A DNA stretch of 63,494 nucleotides, counting the filler, from Octopus bimaculoides (Eukaryota), in NCBI RefSeq assembly GCF_001194135.2. It is 10 parts of 9 records of this genome, joined end to end, with 100 filler letters (N's around TTAATTAATTAA, not from the genome) between each part and the next. Parts side by side here need not be neighbours in the genome. Positions count along the whole stretch, not along the records: positions 4,465 to 27,720 come from NC_068993.1; positions 27,821 to 33,014 come from NC_068993.1; positions 33,115 to 38,895 come from NW_026363406.1; 7 more parts are not named here. The stretch is one strand, 5' to 3'. The notes under the pieces were generated by a model. It was not told where the DNA came from. It saw only the letters and a program-made list of their open reading frames with translations, and ran no database searches. Below are positions 25,611 through 38,530 of the stretch, one piece after another (the stretch's first letter is position 1; every line of letters starts with the position of its first letter). The translations under genes were made by a program, and so were the position numbers.

Positions 25611-26571
25611 ATAGTTTCCTTTTGTCATTTTATCTTACACTTAAAATCAGATTTTATATTAGTATTAGATGTTTCATGGTAATTTGTTTCAAGCATATTT
25701 TTAGATATATTTTCTATATCATATTTTGTACTTTCTCTTTATGTTTCACAGAGATTTCAACTCTGTGTTTAGCTTAATATCGTTCTTAAGAGTTTTGATT
25801 CGTTAATTTTGTTTGCTATATTTACTTATGTCCGACTATCCATAAATTTATTTGCTTTTGTTTCTGGGCATATCTTAAAATTTATTTTTATCCCTTGATC
25901 GACTGCTGCTAACATTATAATTGCGGTTAATGATATTAGATAATGCAACTACGTTAGTATTATTATAACCTCGTTTATTCACGTTTGGAAGGTTGAGTTA
26001 CAGGGATGTGTGGTTTATTAATATTCTTTACATGCTCATATTTAGAATAAATGCTAAAATTGTATCAGAGAATACAATAAACTGGATGTTATCTTCAAAG
26101 CAACTTTTTAACAGAGCATCATTGTAATATCAAGGATTATCATTAAATATGTCTACGTTAGAGGATAATTTAGATATATCCCTTACGAGGTGGTGCCCCA
26201 ACATGGCTGCAGTCCAATGATTAAAACAAGAATAAAAATAAATTTTGTAGATTTTGGATAAGTAGAGGCCGATGTTCAATGAAAGTGAAGACCACTGTTT
26301 AAATCCAGCGTGAATGAAACACGTGGAAATAATATTTAATTTATGACGTTTCAATATAATAAAAACTAAAATCTAAATCTGATTTATTCTGTTCTTAGAT
26401 ATACATTCTCAAATTTATTCAAATATATTTTCTGCAACCCAATCCAAAAGAGAAATTATGCTTAAATATGATTGGAATTGGTATATATATATAGAGAAAT
26501 ATTTACATACAGTTTAGAACATTGGTTACCAGTTGTGTCATCTCATCGTACATATCAATTTTTCACACATA

Positions 26572-27585
26572 CAGTGGTTAGACAAAATAATGAAAGCATC
26601 TTAAAATGTCAAACAAATTCATTTTAATATAGGGTACGACTGCTTTTGGCAGTAATTACAGCTTGAAGTCTACGAGTTATGGACTCGTACAAAGTTTGAA
26701 TTGTTTCCAAAGGAATTTTTGTCTATTCTTCAGCTAAAACAATCTCCAGTTTTTGTAGATATGATGGTGGAGGATATCGACTCCTTATTTGTTTTTCTAA
26801 AATGCCCCATAAATGTTCAATAATATTGAGATATGGGGACTGTGGTGGCCCGATAACATGTTCACCTTCACTAGAATATTCCTCATGGCATTCAGTAACA
26901 ATTTCAGCTGTGTGAATTGGTGCATTATCATCCTGAAAGATTGTGTTTCCCTCCGGAAACAGTTCCGCAAACATAGGATGAATTTGATAAGATAAAATGC
27001 TTAAGTAGTCTTAACCATTAATTCTGTTATGAAAGGAAACCATTGGGCTGGCGGATTTCAAAGATATATCTACACAATCATCGCAGATCCTCCTTCTTGT
27101 TTAACAGTTGGGAGAAGGCAGTCTGAGTCAAATGCTTCTTTTGGGTGTCTCCACACGTATACTCGGCCGGTGGTCGGAAATAAGGTAGAGGATGACTCGT
27201 CCTAGAAAATAACATTCTTCCACTGTTCTAGGGACCAATTCTGTAGGTTTTTACTCCTCTCTTAACTCTTTGCAAAGTTTGTTTTTGAAAGTAGTGGTTT
27301 TCCGATTGCAGCACTACCATGAAATCCGGCTTTGTGCAGATCCCAGCGAGCAGTTTTTGTGGAAACAGGATTCTCGTGGTGAGCTGGTCATTAGGCTGTG
27401 CAGCAATTTGGGAAGCTGTGCTTTTGTGATCCTTTCTAACAATTCGTGTAAGTATCCGACGGTCACTATCTCAAAGTTTTGGTTTCCTCCTGGAGTTTTG
27501 TTTCGACGAGGAGGTTGTTCCCTCTTTCTCAAAGGCTGGGAATAAGAAAGGCTTAGTAATAAGAAACCAGGTTCGATATTTTCCC
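26572..27585 (-). mobile_element. Decayed Tc1-family transposon, D36E spacing
   Basis: TA|CAGTGG terminus at 26572. Minus strand AFEKEGTTSSSKQNSRRKPKL*DSDRRILTRIVRKDHK, HKAGFHGSAAIGKPLLSK, WKNVIF*DESS..VWRHPKEAFD.DCLLPTVK..GGS, FQDDNAPIHTA..PPQSPYLNIIEHLW. Confidence 0.9.
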
Positions 27586-27633
27586 AGGACACCTGATGAA
27601 TGTTTGAGAGTATATCAGCCGAAATGTTGCGTT
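27586..27633 (+). ncRNA. Decayed hammerhead-like motif (extra-A type) on a short PLE-like fragment (~27560-27715)
   Basis: GGACAC-CTGATGA-A-TGTTTG..TCAGCC-GAAA-TGTT-GCGT; core intact, stems II and III eroded. Confidence 0.45.
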
Positions 27634-27820
27634 AACAACAAACAAGATGAGAACAAATATCCAGCAAATGTAAATAATGTACATAATCCATTATCTCTCA
27701 AATATAGAACTGTATATATANNNNNNNNNNNNNNNNNNNNNNNNNNNNNNNNNNNNNNNNNNNNTTAATTAATTAANNNNNNNNNNNNNNNNNNNNNNNN
27801 NNNNNNNNNNNNNNNNNNNN

Positions 27821-27884
<64 letters not shown>

Positions 27885-28487
27885 GTGTGGAACAAAGAGA
27901 GAAGGATAGAGTAGAGTGACTAAGAGAGAGAGATAGGGAGAAAGAGAAAGATTAATTCTCCTTATGAATTCGCTCATCGTAAAGTTGACTGGAAACGTTT
28001 GTTGATTAGTTTTGGAAAGATGAAAGTGATGGAAGAAAAGAAAGAAGGAAATGATAGAAAGAAGACAGAAAGTGAAGTAAGTGCGAGAGAGATAGAGAGA
28101 AAGAAAGAGAGAGAGAAAGAAATAGAGAGAGAGAGGGGGGGGGGAGAAAGCAAGGGAATTGTGTGTAGAAAGTGATTGGAAAGAGTCCGTTGGAAGGTGA
28201 CAGTGATAAAGTGTGAAGTGGACTAAGATCTAAAGAAGGAAGCAAGCAGATGAAGAAGGAGTTAATTCAGGTGAAGCTGATGAGGAGTGGTATATTGTTA
28301 CTCCATACTGAACTCACTATCACCGAGTTGTTATGACAGATGATCTATTACAAATGGATGCCCCCAAAACGTCTACTTTATTGTGATTTGCTCGGAAAGT
28401 GATTTATATCGAATATCTTTCCTTGTTTATGAACTTTTACATTCTATGACGATGTTTTACTCAATCTCTCTCTCTCTCTCTCTCTCT

Positions 28488-28520
<33 letters not shown>

Positions 28521-28775
28521 GCACGCATACTTATTTCTTATTCTCTAAACAACTCGGCTCTTTTCTTTTGTAATTGCCATCATGTATCAATGACGGACAT
28601 ATTTCTTATGGTTTGCTTTCCTTTTCTTCTTCTTCTTCTTCTTCTTCTTCTTCTTCTTCTTCTTCTTCTTCTTCTTCTTCTTCTTCTTCCATATTACACC
28701 ACAACACCAAAAACTACAATAAAATACAACACCCACCATCACCACTATATTTCGGATACAGTGTGGCTCTAAACC

Positions 28776-28945
28776 AGTGATTTCTAATTCAAGGATGTTG
28801 TCTCCGCCATCCCCTAATTTTTCACTGGTATTTATTTTATCGACCCCAAGGGGATAAAATGTGAGATCGTCCGCAGTAAGATTTGAACTCTGACTATAAT
28901 GATCTGTAAACTGTTTCATTCTCAGACGCTCTACTGTTTCTGCCA
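28776..28945 (-). mobile_element. SINE family B, decayed
   Basis: Contains ctggta.ttattttatcgacccc..gataaaa..gatttgaactc. Confidence 0.65.
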
Positions 28946-28995
28946 TGTCCTCATTTCTGCTTGTCGTCGGAATAACACAATTGATTATCTTTGCT

Positions 28996-29030
<35 letters not shown>

Positions 29031-29131
29031 GACGATGATGCTGATGACGACAACGATGACGACGACGATGATGAAAATGATGAGTGACACAAAGGCAATG
29101 ATAGACTTTGTGGGAAATTACATCATTATAT

Positions 29132-29166
<35 letters not shown>

Positions 29167-29771
29167 CAATAGAATTAGTAAAGTTTCAGCATTGTGCGTA
29201 TAATGACAGTTTAAGTTGTGTATTTGTACACAACTCGTAACTTCTGTAAACTGCCGCCATAACTATATCTCGCCAAGATTGTCCTAGCAATCTTTCCTCA
29301 TTAAATATTTACTGATCTTCTGATCAAGATGGCTGCCCTTAGAAGCCGTTCTTTTATTAGATTCACGACTGGATTAGATGGACCTGACACACTATGATCA
29401 TTGCTTCTCTCCCTAGCTAGCTACAAGTTAATGAACATTCTGTCAAAATCTGTGAGTTATTTTCTGGGAATATATTCTCGTTATTGCTGCCGTGACACTC
29501 GAAGGAAGGAGTTAATTTACAATTTTACGGTTCACGACTTTCTGGAATATAACAGGGAGAGTTTAGTGCAATTTTTGCTTGGCTAAAGTCTATTTAATTG
29601 TCCATCTTGACAAAACGACAGATATTATAAATTCCCTTTGACAATCTGCAATGAATTTCTAGAAACATTTTATAATACTTTTAGTTGATGTCTCGTTCAT
29701 TCTGACCTCTGTCTCTCTCACCCCACTCTCTCTCTCTCTCTCTGCTTGTCTGTCTCTTTCGCCCCGCTCTC

Positions 29772-29831
<60 letters not shown>

Positions 29832-30414
29832 ACCCCGTGCTCTCTGTTTGTCTCTCTCAAACTCAAATGATTTTCTAAGGGAAATATTTTCACTTAGGAA
29901 CACAGATTTAAATTTATTCGTTCATTTTGTGCGAAAAGTCAAACTCATCGATATCAAGACTGAAATATAATGATGCAGTGAAACTGTTCAATTCATTGAG
30001 AAAGTTTCGCATTCAATGTTGTTGTTATTTAACCCTAGGCCAACTACAATCGAACAGATTAAATGATTGAAAATATTCCAACCGAGTCCCTCTTGTCTTT
30101 CTGTCTGATATAATGTATGTAAATGGCTAATGTATGTAAATTATCCAGTGTGCCTGCCTTTTTAAAACGATATGCAGGATGTTATTTGAGAGAAATTTGG
30201 TTGTTATATCTAGCAGATCAATCGACCAAGTTGAGGACCCTTGTTGGTTTGTAGACACTCAGCTGGTGAAAGAGATGAAGAAAATAGTTCGGGTGACGAC
30301 GACGATGTTGATGATGATGGGGACGGCGTCGGCGAAAACTATTAGCAGAAGGGCATTGCTGACTCTGTCCTATCAGGACATCATTGTTTTTTTTCATCCC
30401 CCACTTTTCTATAG

Positions 30415-30625
30415 GTTGCTCGATTTGAACTTCGCTGAATGCATGACAACATTCCAGGAGCCAAACCCCGCAATCGCTGGTGCGTCGAAAGATGTGAAAA
30501 GATGTGTCTACAAACGGAGGTCACATCCGCTCACCCTCCAGGAATCTCTACAAGCGGTGCAACCTCGGCGTGTGTGTACGTCAGCAGCCACAGCCTTGCG
30601 AAAGGTTCGAAATGCCGGGGTTTGA
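30415..30625 (+). CDS. Possible orphan terminal exon, unknown product
   Basis: Strong acceptor (tttttttcatcccccacttttctatAG). One long open frame in phase 2: LLDLNFAECMTTFQEP..KRCVYKRRSHP..RKVRNAGV*. No partner exon found. Confidence 0.3.
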
Positions 30626-31863
30626 CTGGTGGAGGGCATTATTTTCACAAGAAGCAGAAGAGCCAGCATTCCAATTTTATCAATGATGAAACTGATGTTA
30701 GCATTCGTTACCTCTGCTCGACATTTATCAGAAAGCTTTCTCTCGACTAATAAGTCTATCTTGCTTATAACCTCGTCTCAGTACCGGTCTACCTGTATAT
30801 ANNNNNNNNNNTCTCATAGACGAGTGTATATATCTGTTTCAATGCAAGATATTGTACTATAAAATGTAGAAATACAATTGAGTTTAGTCAACCCTGTATG
30901 TGTGGGCATCTGTATACACCCTGTATACACTCTGTATACACCCGGTATTTATATATGATATTTATCCATAAAGATATTTTAAAGAACGTCAAAATGTTTA
31001 CATTTATGTGTCACATCCCATGTTGGTTAAAATCTTCTGAGGCGTATTCTGTTGTTCTATAAAACGAACACCACCTGAAGTAATACATGCAATTTCATTG
31101 CCGGAAGATTTTCGCATTTACCAAATATATTCCAGTTGTTTACTAACATGAAGTTCTTGAATCACATTAAAAATGGTAATTCTGCTTTGGAAGATAAGTT
31201 AAGAAAAGTATTCAGCTAGTGGGTATCAAATTATTTCTAAAGGTGATAAATATTCACAATCGAATAAAGCATTAAAAAGAGANNNNNNNNNNNNNNNNNN
31301 NNNNNNNNNNNNNNNNNNNNNNNNNNNNNNNNNNNNNNNNNNNNNNNNNNNNNNNNNNNNNNNNNNNNNNNNNNNNNNNNNNNNNNNNNNNNNNNNNNNN
31401 NNNNNNNNNNNNNNNNNNNNNNNNNNNNNNNNNNNNNNNNNNNNNNNNNNNNNNNNNNNNNNNNNNNNNNNNNNNNNNNNNNNNNNNNNNNNNNNNNNNN
31501 NNNNNNNNNNNNNNNNNNNNNNNNNNNNNNNNNNNNNNNNNNNNNNNNNNNNNNNNNNNNNNNNNNNNNNNNNNNNNNNNNNNNNNNNNNNNNNNNNNNN
31601 NNNNNNNNNNNNNNNNNNNNNNNNNNNNNNNNNNNNNNNNNNNNNNNNNNNNNNNNNNNNNNNNNNNNNNNNNNNNNNNNNNNNNNNNNNNNNNNNNNNN
31701 NNNNNNNNNNNNNNNNNNNNNNNNNNNNNNNNNNNNNNNNNNNNNNNNNNNNNNNNNNNNNNNNNNNNNNNNNNNNNNNNNNNNNNNNNNNNNNNNNNNN
31801 NNNNNNNNNNNNNNNNATAAATCAGGAAAATATATCTGGGCAAGTGTTTCGATAATGTCACAC

Positions 31864-31911
<48 letters not shown>

Positions 31912-32803
31912 AGAATTCTATGAATTTCCAAACAATCTCCATACTTTATAGAAGCATGTTCACTTATTATCAATGTTGCTAATAAATACAGACAGTAAAT
32001 TTGCTTGTGGCAGGTTTCATTTTAAGCTCAAATCTACCTCATAATTAAGAGAGTATTTCGTTTAAATAACACACGTTCATATGGCTCATTATCTATCGTC
32101 TGACGTGCCTTTTTTTTTCAAGCCCACACAGATACATTGTGAGCAATTTAAGCCGTTAACCAACAAATTGACAAAAACATTTGTTTTAAATTAGAAAATA
32201 ACAGACATTTAAATTCTGTTTAAGTTCCAGAATTATACAATTAGATACGAGAATGTGGCTTGCAATAAGATACTGGCACTAGTGTCTATGGCAGGATTAG
32301 AGACTTTGTTTGATAGTAGAAAGTTCTGGTTTATCAAGGATTGCGCTCGTTCTAATGACTGCCAGATAAGCAGGCATTTCTGCGCAGTATATCTGACAGT
32401 GGTTAGCAGTGAAGCATGACTGCACGCGCTGCTAATGATTTCCGTTAGTATTTCGTCATGAATTTATCCTAATTGTCCGAAGAAAGTTTTTTTTAAAAAC
32501 AAAACATTTAAGCAAATACAAATAAATCTAGCTTTTTCAAAACTCTAGTATATTTTAACTAATTGTACGTGTGTGTATGTGTGTATGTGTGTGTGTTTGT
32601 GTGTGAGGATGCGTGTGTGCTCATGTGTGTGTATATCTGTGTCTATGCGCTGTGTGTGTGTATATATATATATATAAGCATACATATACATAAATACACA
32701 CACACAAACACGCAAACACATAATCAGAACCAAAGACACGCAGATATATATTCCAGAGAGATGCACTGATATATATACAAACACACACACACACACACAC
32801 ACA

Positions 32804-32841
<38 letters not shown>

Positions 32842-32843
<2 letters not shown>

Positions 32844-33014
32844 CGTAGGAATGGCTGTGTTGTAAGTAGCTTGCTTACCAACCACATGCTTCCGGGTTCA
32901 TTCCCACTGCTACCTTGTGCAAGTGTCTTCTACTATAGCTTCGGGCCCACCAAAGCCTTGCGAGTAGATTTGGTAGACGGAAACTGAAAGAAGCCTGTCG
33001 TATATATGCATATA
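32842..33014 (+). mobile_element. tRNA-derived SINE, family A (CORE-like, resembles octopus OR-type SINEs)
   Basis: A-box TGGCTGTGTTG, B-box GGTTCATTCCC, then accttg.gcaagtgtcttctactatagc..ggaaactgaaagaagcc; ends in (TA)n. Confidence 0.85.
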
Positions 33015-33510
33015 NNNNNNNNNNNNNNNNNNNNNNNNNNNNNNNNNNNNNNNNNNNNTTAATTAATTAANNNNNNNNNNNNNNNNNNNNNNNNNNNNNN
33101 NNNNNNNNNNNNNNATAATTGTTATCGCTGTTGTTCCGTGAAGGATTGCCATTACTGAACAGTTGAACCATATTTTTTCCCGGTCTTACCGGGAAATATT
33201 TCAAAAATATATACATTGACTTTCTTGACCATTGCGGCATCTTTGTTTTTAAATATTATTGCCAAAAAAAAAAACTGTGAATAGTCTTTTTAGATTGTTC
33301 TGTGCCCCTCCCCCGAACGGGGGTGGGTTTTGAAACATCTTTGTCCTCTTTTGGAGGAGAACATGTTTTTTTCACAGCTTGAAAAATATTTTTTCATAGG
33401 TTTCCCTGTTTAAAAATATTTCTTCATAGGATTCCCAGTTTGTGTTAAAAACTGCTATTATGTCTATTGAATTTATTTCGTAAAAGGAGTCACTCGTTGA
33501 GAGTGGAAAC

Positions 33511-34901
33511 ATGGCGAAAAAACTTTCAGCGGTTGCCGAAGTGGTAACCGAAAATATCGAAATCGATATAAACAAGCTCGGTGAGCTGTTTAAAAGAATG
33601 AAGCATGAGGGTGGTGATGTAAAAATATCACCCTCAGCTTCGGTTATTAATACGGAGAAACAGACCGTGATATTTAAAACCTTTTGTCCAAAAGACAAAA
33701 GGTTTAAACATTTCGAAAAAGATACCATCGAAAAATGCCTGTCCCCGATTTAAAGGGACATAGTTCATATCGCCAGGGGACGGGCATATGGAGTAGTAGA
33801 GGTTCGTTTCTCGGGGGAAGAAGTGGCCCGAGGGCACTCTGTGTGTCTCCTAAAAACGAAAGAGGTGATACTTCTTCCGACCTACATGGGTCGCAGAACA
33901 TCAAGAGTAAAAATATCAGAAGTACCAACAGAAGTCGACCCTGTAGAGGTGGTGGCTGCCCTGTTGTTCAACAGGGCAGAAAAAATTAAAATATTACAAG
34001 TATCATGCTCTTCCCTGCAATATTGGCAACATCCTTATTCAGGGGACACAAGAAGACCTTCAGGAACTTCCCGAAAGGGTGCTCGTGGGCGAGAATGTTG
34101 CCCTTAAGGTACAGGTTGAGGGCAGAAAGCCCACCTGTTATGCTTGCGGCAAAAGGGCCACATTCAAGTGGATTGTCCGGAAGTAAAGAAAAGAAGAGAA
34201 GCAGCACAGACACCAGGCCCTTCAGAAAACCCCCCAAAACCCCGTCCTCACAAATTCATCGACCCCGACACTAACAAAAAATCTCACTCCCTCTGTTTCA
34301 GTGCCTACCCAACAACAAACTGGAAAAATTACCCAGTCCCCTCATACACAAGCCCCANNNNNNNNNNCCCCCCCCACCTCTGTGAAAATTGCGGAACCAC
34401 CTGAACTCAATATAACTCGCCCAGAAAACAGCATGGAGACATCAGAGGGGGAGTTTAGAACTGGGAAAAAAATAGGAAAAAAAGAACACATGAATTGTTC
34501 CCGTCCACATCCCCTACAAAAAATAAAAGCAATACAGACAAGACACCACAGACACCCAAAAAATCCCGCCCAGCAGACCCAGAAAAAAAAGAAGGAAAAA
34601 AAACTATGATGATGATGACATGAAAAGCGAACTTGTGTTGATCGAGTTCGATACGAGAGACGACTATATCAGGGACGTAGTGTTGCCACACCACACTACA
34701 AGACTTTATAAACAACTGAAGGGACATAAGCAAAGATGTGCTTGGATTGGCGAAGAAACATTCAGGCAGCTGAAGGCTTGGCACCCGAAATCAATCAGGA
34801 AATTGGACAAGATGCCAAAATACTTAGAGAAAGAGGAAAGGGGAGGGGCCGACGAGTGCATGGCGAGATCGGTGCCAACCTCTCCAGTAAAACGTAAGTA
34901 G
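33511..34901 (+). pseudogene. Tx1 ORF1 (RRM-like domain plus CCHC zinc knuckle)
   Basis: MAKKLS..; in-frame TAA at 33751; RAYGVVEVRFSGEEVA (RRM-like); CYACGK(R/G)HIQVDCP at ~34136-34180 broken by a 1-bp frameshift; Pro/Lys-rich linker. Confidence 0.8.
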
Positions 34902-34919
34902 AACCTTTTCTTCTTTCAA

Positions 34920-37900
34920 ATGGCCTCTCTTAACATTGGATGTTTAAATGTGCATGAGCCGTGTTCAAAGTGGAAGCAGGCATGTTTCCTCGACGACCTC
35001 AGATCGCACGATATACATGTGATGGTTGCTTACAGAGACCAAGCTGGACAGTCTACGAACCTTCTCGCCTCTCCTGAATGGCTATGAGAAAATCATGTCT
35101 CCTGGCCAGACCGGGGGACGAGGGGATGTAGTGGTACTGATCCGCAATGGCTTGGCTCTGCAGACAAGTACAGTCTATGTGGACCCTGAAGGTGGGCTTG
35201 GTCGTCCTTGATGTGACATACAGCAGAAAGGCTTTCAGGCTGATCGGACTCTATGCACCATGCGCTAGAGGTTTCCAAACTGACTTTTATCGGCGCCTAG
35301 AGGGCTTTCTCGTGACGTCGAACACATTAGTAGTGTTAGGGGACTTCAACGCTATTGTTGACGCTCGCATTGAGTGTCGGCTCGGTTGATAGAAAAGTGA
35401 ACTCACGTCTCGTCGATCTGCTTAAGCGATTTCAGCTGGCAGACCGTTACAGGCTTGAACATCTGAACGTGCCAGAGTGGACCTGGATGAGTGGCAATGG
35501 AAGGTTCAAGTCTTACCTAGATAGGATAGTAATAAGAATTATAGATAAGCCTAGTTTTACTTGTCCACAACTTGTCCAAGTGTCCTACACTGATCATAGA
35601 ATGGTTAAGTGTAGGTTGGACGTAGATAGTACAACTAGTAGAGGACCCGGCTACTGGAAGCTGAACAAGACTATTTTGATTTGTGAGGCACACCGTAGTC
35701 GGATTAAGGAGTTAGTACAGAGGGCGTTAACCGGTACTGTGGTTAATAACCGGTGGTGGTTCGCCCTCAAAAGAGTCATTCCTTTCGAGTCTAATTAGGT
35801 TTAGCAAACAGCTAAGACTAGATAGGACTAGAGTAGAAGGGCAGCTAGTGAAGAACTTAGAAGAGGCGCTGAGGTTGGGCTCTGCATTCCACATTCTGGC
35901 AGTGAGAACGGCATTGGACCGTCACCTCAAAGCGAAACATGAGGGGTGTAGAGTCCAGGCTAAAGTGAGAGCATTGGGCCGTGAGGGAATTAACGTTGCC
36001 GGATGGGCCCGCACGGTAGAAATCCAGCGTGGCAACGACGCCACAATAAGGTCTCTTGTTATCGAAAAAGTACGCACGGTCAAGGAACGGGACGAGATGT
36101 GCGAGGCGCTTCAAGAGCACTTTGCCAAGTTGTTCGGGAGGGGCGGGATGCTTGATCATGGTGAGTGACTTCCTGTCTGGTGGCCCACGTCTCTCGGCAA
36201 GGAAGGCTGAGTGCTGTGAAGGACCAATCACAGCCGAGGAGTTGATCGAGGTGCTGGGCGAATGCCTCGGAGACATGTCGCCGGGTCTCGATGGTCTGCC
36301 CTATGAATTTTATAAAAGTATGCCAGACATGTTCGGGCACCTACTGGCCAGCGTTTACGCTAACTGGCAACAGAATGAGAGAATTCCCAAGTCTGCGAGC
36401 CGAGGGGCAGTGACGTTGATCAGAAAGGACCCGAGCAAGGGGGACGAGATAGGGAACTTTAGGCCCATAACTCTGTTAAACACATAGTTAAAGATTTTGG
36501 CCAAGGTGCTAGTGAAAAGGTTGGCGCGGGTCGTGCGCGAACTTGTTGGGGAAGCACAAACTTGTGCTACTCCGGGCAGGTCGATACACGACAATCTCCA
36601 CCTTATACGCTACTCCTTAGTGACGGTAAGGAAACTTTCTGGCTTTGCAGGAGGTGCACTGGTGCATTTTGACCAGTCTAAGGCGTTTGATAGGGTCGAC
36701 CATCGGTACTTGACGGCGTTCTTGAGAAAGTTGGCCTAGGCCCGACCTTCCGCGGTTGGATTGCTGCTTTGTACAGCGACATCGAGTCTGTCGTCAAGGT
36801 GAATGGGTTCTTTTCGAAACCGTTCAGGATCGAGCGTTCAGTTCGTCAGGGGTGTCCCCTATCCTCGCTTCTGTGTGTGTTAGCTCTGGAGCCATTGCTG
36901 CAGAAGTTGGAGGCACTAGGGGGCGCTCCGCTTGATCTATGGTGTGGAAGGAGAGCTACAGCGTACGTGGATGACATCTCCATCATCGTAGCGGATGAGG
37001 GCCAGATTCCAGTGGTAGAAAACGCCATCAAAAGTTACGAGGCGGTAGCAGGAGCAAAGGTCAACAAGGACAAGTCAGTCGGTTTGCAACTCGGCACCTG
37101 GAGGGGTAAGCCGATGGTGTCCAATGACGTCGTGGGGCGTTGGACGCAAGGTCCTGTTAAGTTGCTTGGAGTCTGGATAGGTCCAGAGCTCCAGATAGAG
37201 AAAAATTGGAGCGAGGTGGCCAGCAAGGTGACTGCTCTAACCCAGACCTAGTCTGGACGGGCGTTATCCTTGCTAGGAAGGGCGGAGGTGGTGCAGATGT
37301 TTATAGCATCAGTAATGACCTACCGCCTGACTGTGGTGCCATGCCCCGATTTGTGGTTCAATAAGTTGGAGAGAATCCTTTTCCGCTTTTTGTGGAAAGG
37401 AGGAAAACCACTTGTAAAGTGCTCTGTCTGCTGCCAGAAACCGCNNNNNNNNNNNNNNNNNNNNNNNNNNNNNNNNNNNNNNNNNNNNNNNNNNNNNNNN
37501 NNNNNNNNNNNNNNNNNNNNNNNNNNNNNNNNNNNNNNATTTGGTTCTTCCTCCCCAAGTTAGTGTCCCTAACGGACATTGGTACATGGATTAAGCAGAG
37601 ACCTAAGCTGGGAGACTGGCATTTGGAGTGCCGCCAGGCGCTCCAGCTACTCTCTCGGGCGGGCAATACCGACAGTAGGAGTTCCACCATGGACTTTTAT
37701 AGCAGGTTAGTGGAATCTATGTCAGAAGACGCCTTGGGGGACACCCTGGGCTACAATGAAAGTCAGTTGGTCAGCCTGTTTAGGAGAACGTTCGGGCCGG
37801 GGTATCTGGATAATTACCAGAAATCCCTGGCTTGGCAATGTTTCCAAGCAGCGTTACCTGTTCGTGACAAGCTGTCAAGGCACGGAAGTGCCGTCTCGCT

Positions 37901-38307
37901 GACATCTCGAGATGTGAGCAAGATAGGGAAACCGTCTTGCACACATTCGTGGAGTGTTCGGAGTTGTTGGGACTGATAGCTTTTGCAGAACAACTGTTGT
38001 CAGTGATGGGAAGAGTACATCTATCAGCTGAGTCTATCATCGAGACTGTACCACCTCCTTTCCTTAACAGGGAAAGGAAGGCCTGTTTTTTTTCTGCGTA
38101 GTAGCCATACTGAAAGAAACAGTATGGAAGACGCGTGTGAAAGGTATAGTGACAGGTACCTTTGTCTCCGGCCAGGGGTTGGTTAACTTTTTCAGTTACC
38201 ACCTCAGTAGTAAAATCAGGCTGGAGAGGAAGTGCCTATCACGGGATATGTTTGCGAAAAGATGGAAGTCTGTGGAACGCAAGCTGAGTGTGATTGGTAC
38301 CAAGTAA
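34920..38307 (+). pseudogene. Tx1 ORF2 (APE endonuclease, reverse transcriptase, C-terminal zinc finger)
   Basis: MASLNIGCLNV, ETKLD, LYAP, LGDFN, SYLDR, TDH, RGPGYWKLN; SPGLDGLPYEFY, FRPITLLN, DQSKAFDRV, VRQGCPLS, YVDD, KVNKDKS; RCEQDRETVLHTFVEC. Multiple stops and frameshifts. Confidence 0.92.
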
Positions 38308-38530
38308 GTGAGGTCAATTTGGGAAGCAAAGGTTCTACCAGGATGATCGGGTGCCTTCCTTCTAGATGCCTCGCTGCAAAACGCAATGATTCTTGTATCT
38401 AATTTTTACACTAATTTTTAATCATATTATTTTTGTAAAGAAAACGTTTAAGCTACTCCCCCTTATGTTTGTCTGTCCTTGTTCGTCCCCTCTTTGTAAT
38501 GCCTTCATAGCAAATCGCTAATGAAATAAA

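Larger units (their letters stand above)
33115..38530 (+). mobile_element. Near full-length Tx1/L1-clade LINE, inactivated
   Basis: At least 395 bp of 5' UTR, ORF1, an 18-bp spacer, ORF2 (EN-RT-CCHC) and a 3' UTR ending aatgaaataaa. Confidence 0.92.

Noticed and set aside
28277-28315. CTGATGA followed by a GGAGT/ACTCC stem
   Set aside because: No GAAA (it reads ATAC) and no UH or stem III; at best a relic.
29325-29337. YY1-like site CAAGATGGCTGCC as a promoter marker
   Set aside because: A single motif with no TSS, CpG island or downstream gene support.
32842-32915. SINE heads as tRNA genes
   Set aside because: A and B boxes are present, but there is no cloverleaf, and the heads continue into SINE body sequence.
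32842-33114. SINE upstream of the LINE as the 5' half of the interrupted SINE
   Set aside because: That copy is complete and is separated from the LINE by an artificial spacer.
33115-33510. HDV-like ribozyme in the Tx1 5' UTR
   Set aside because: Only a simple C/G hairpin; I could not build the nested double pseudoknot.
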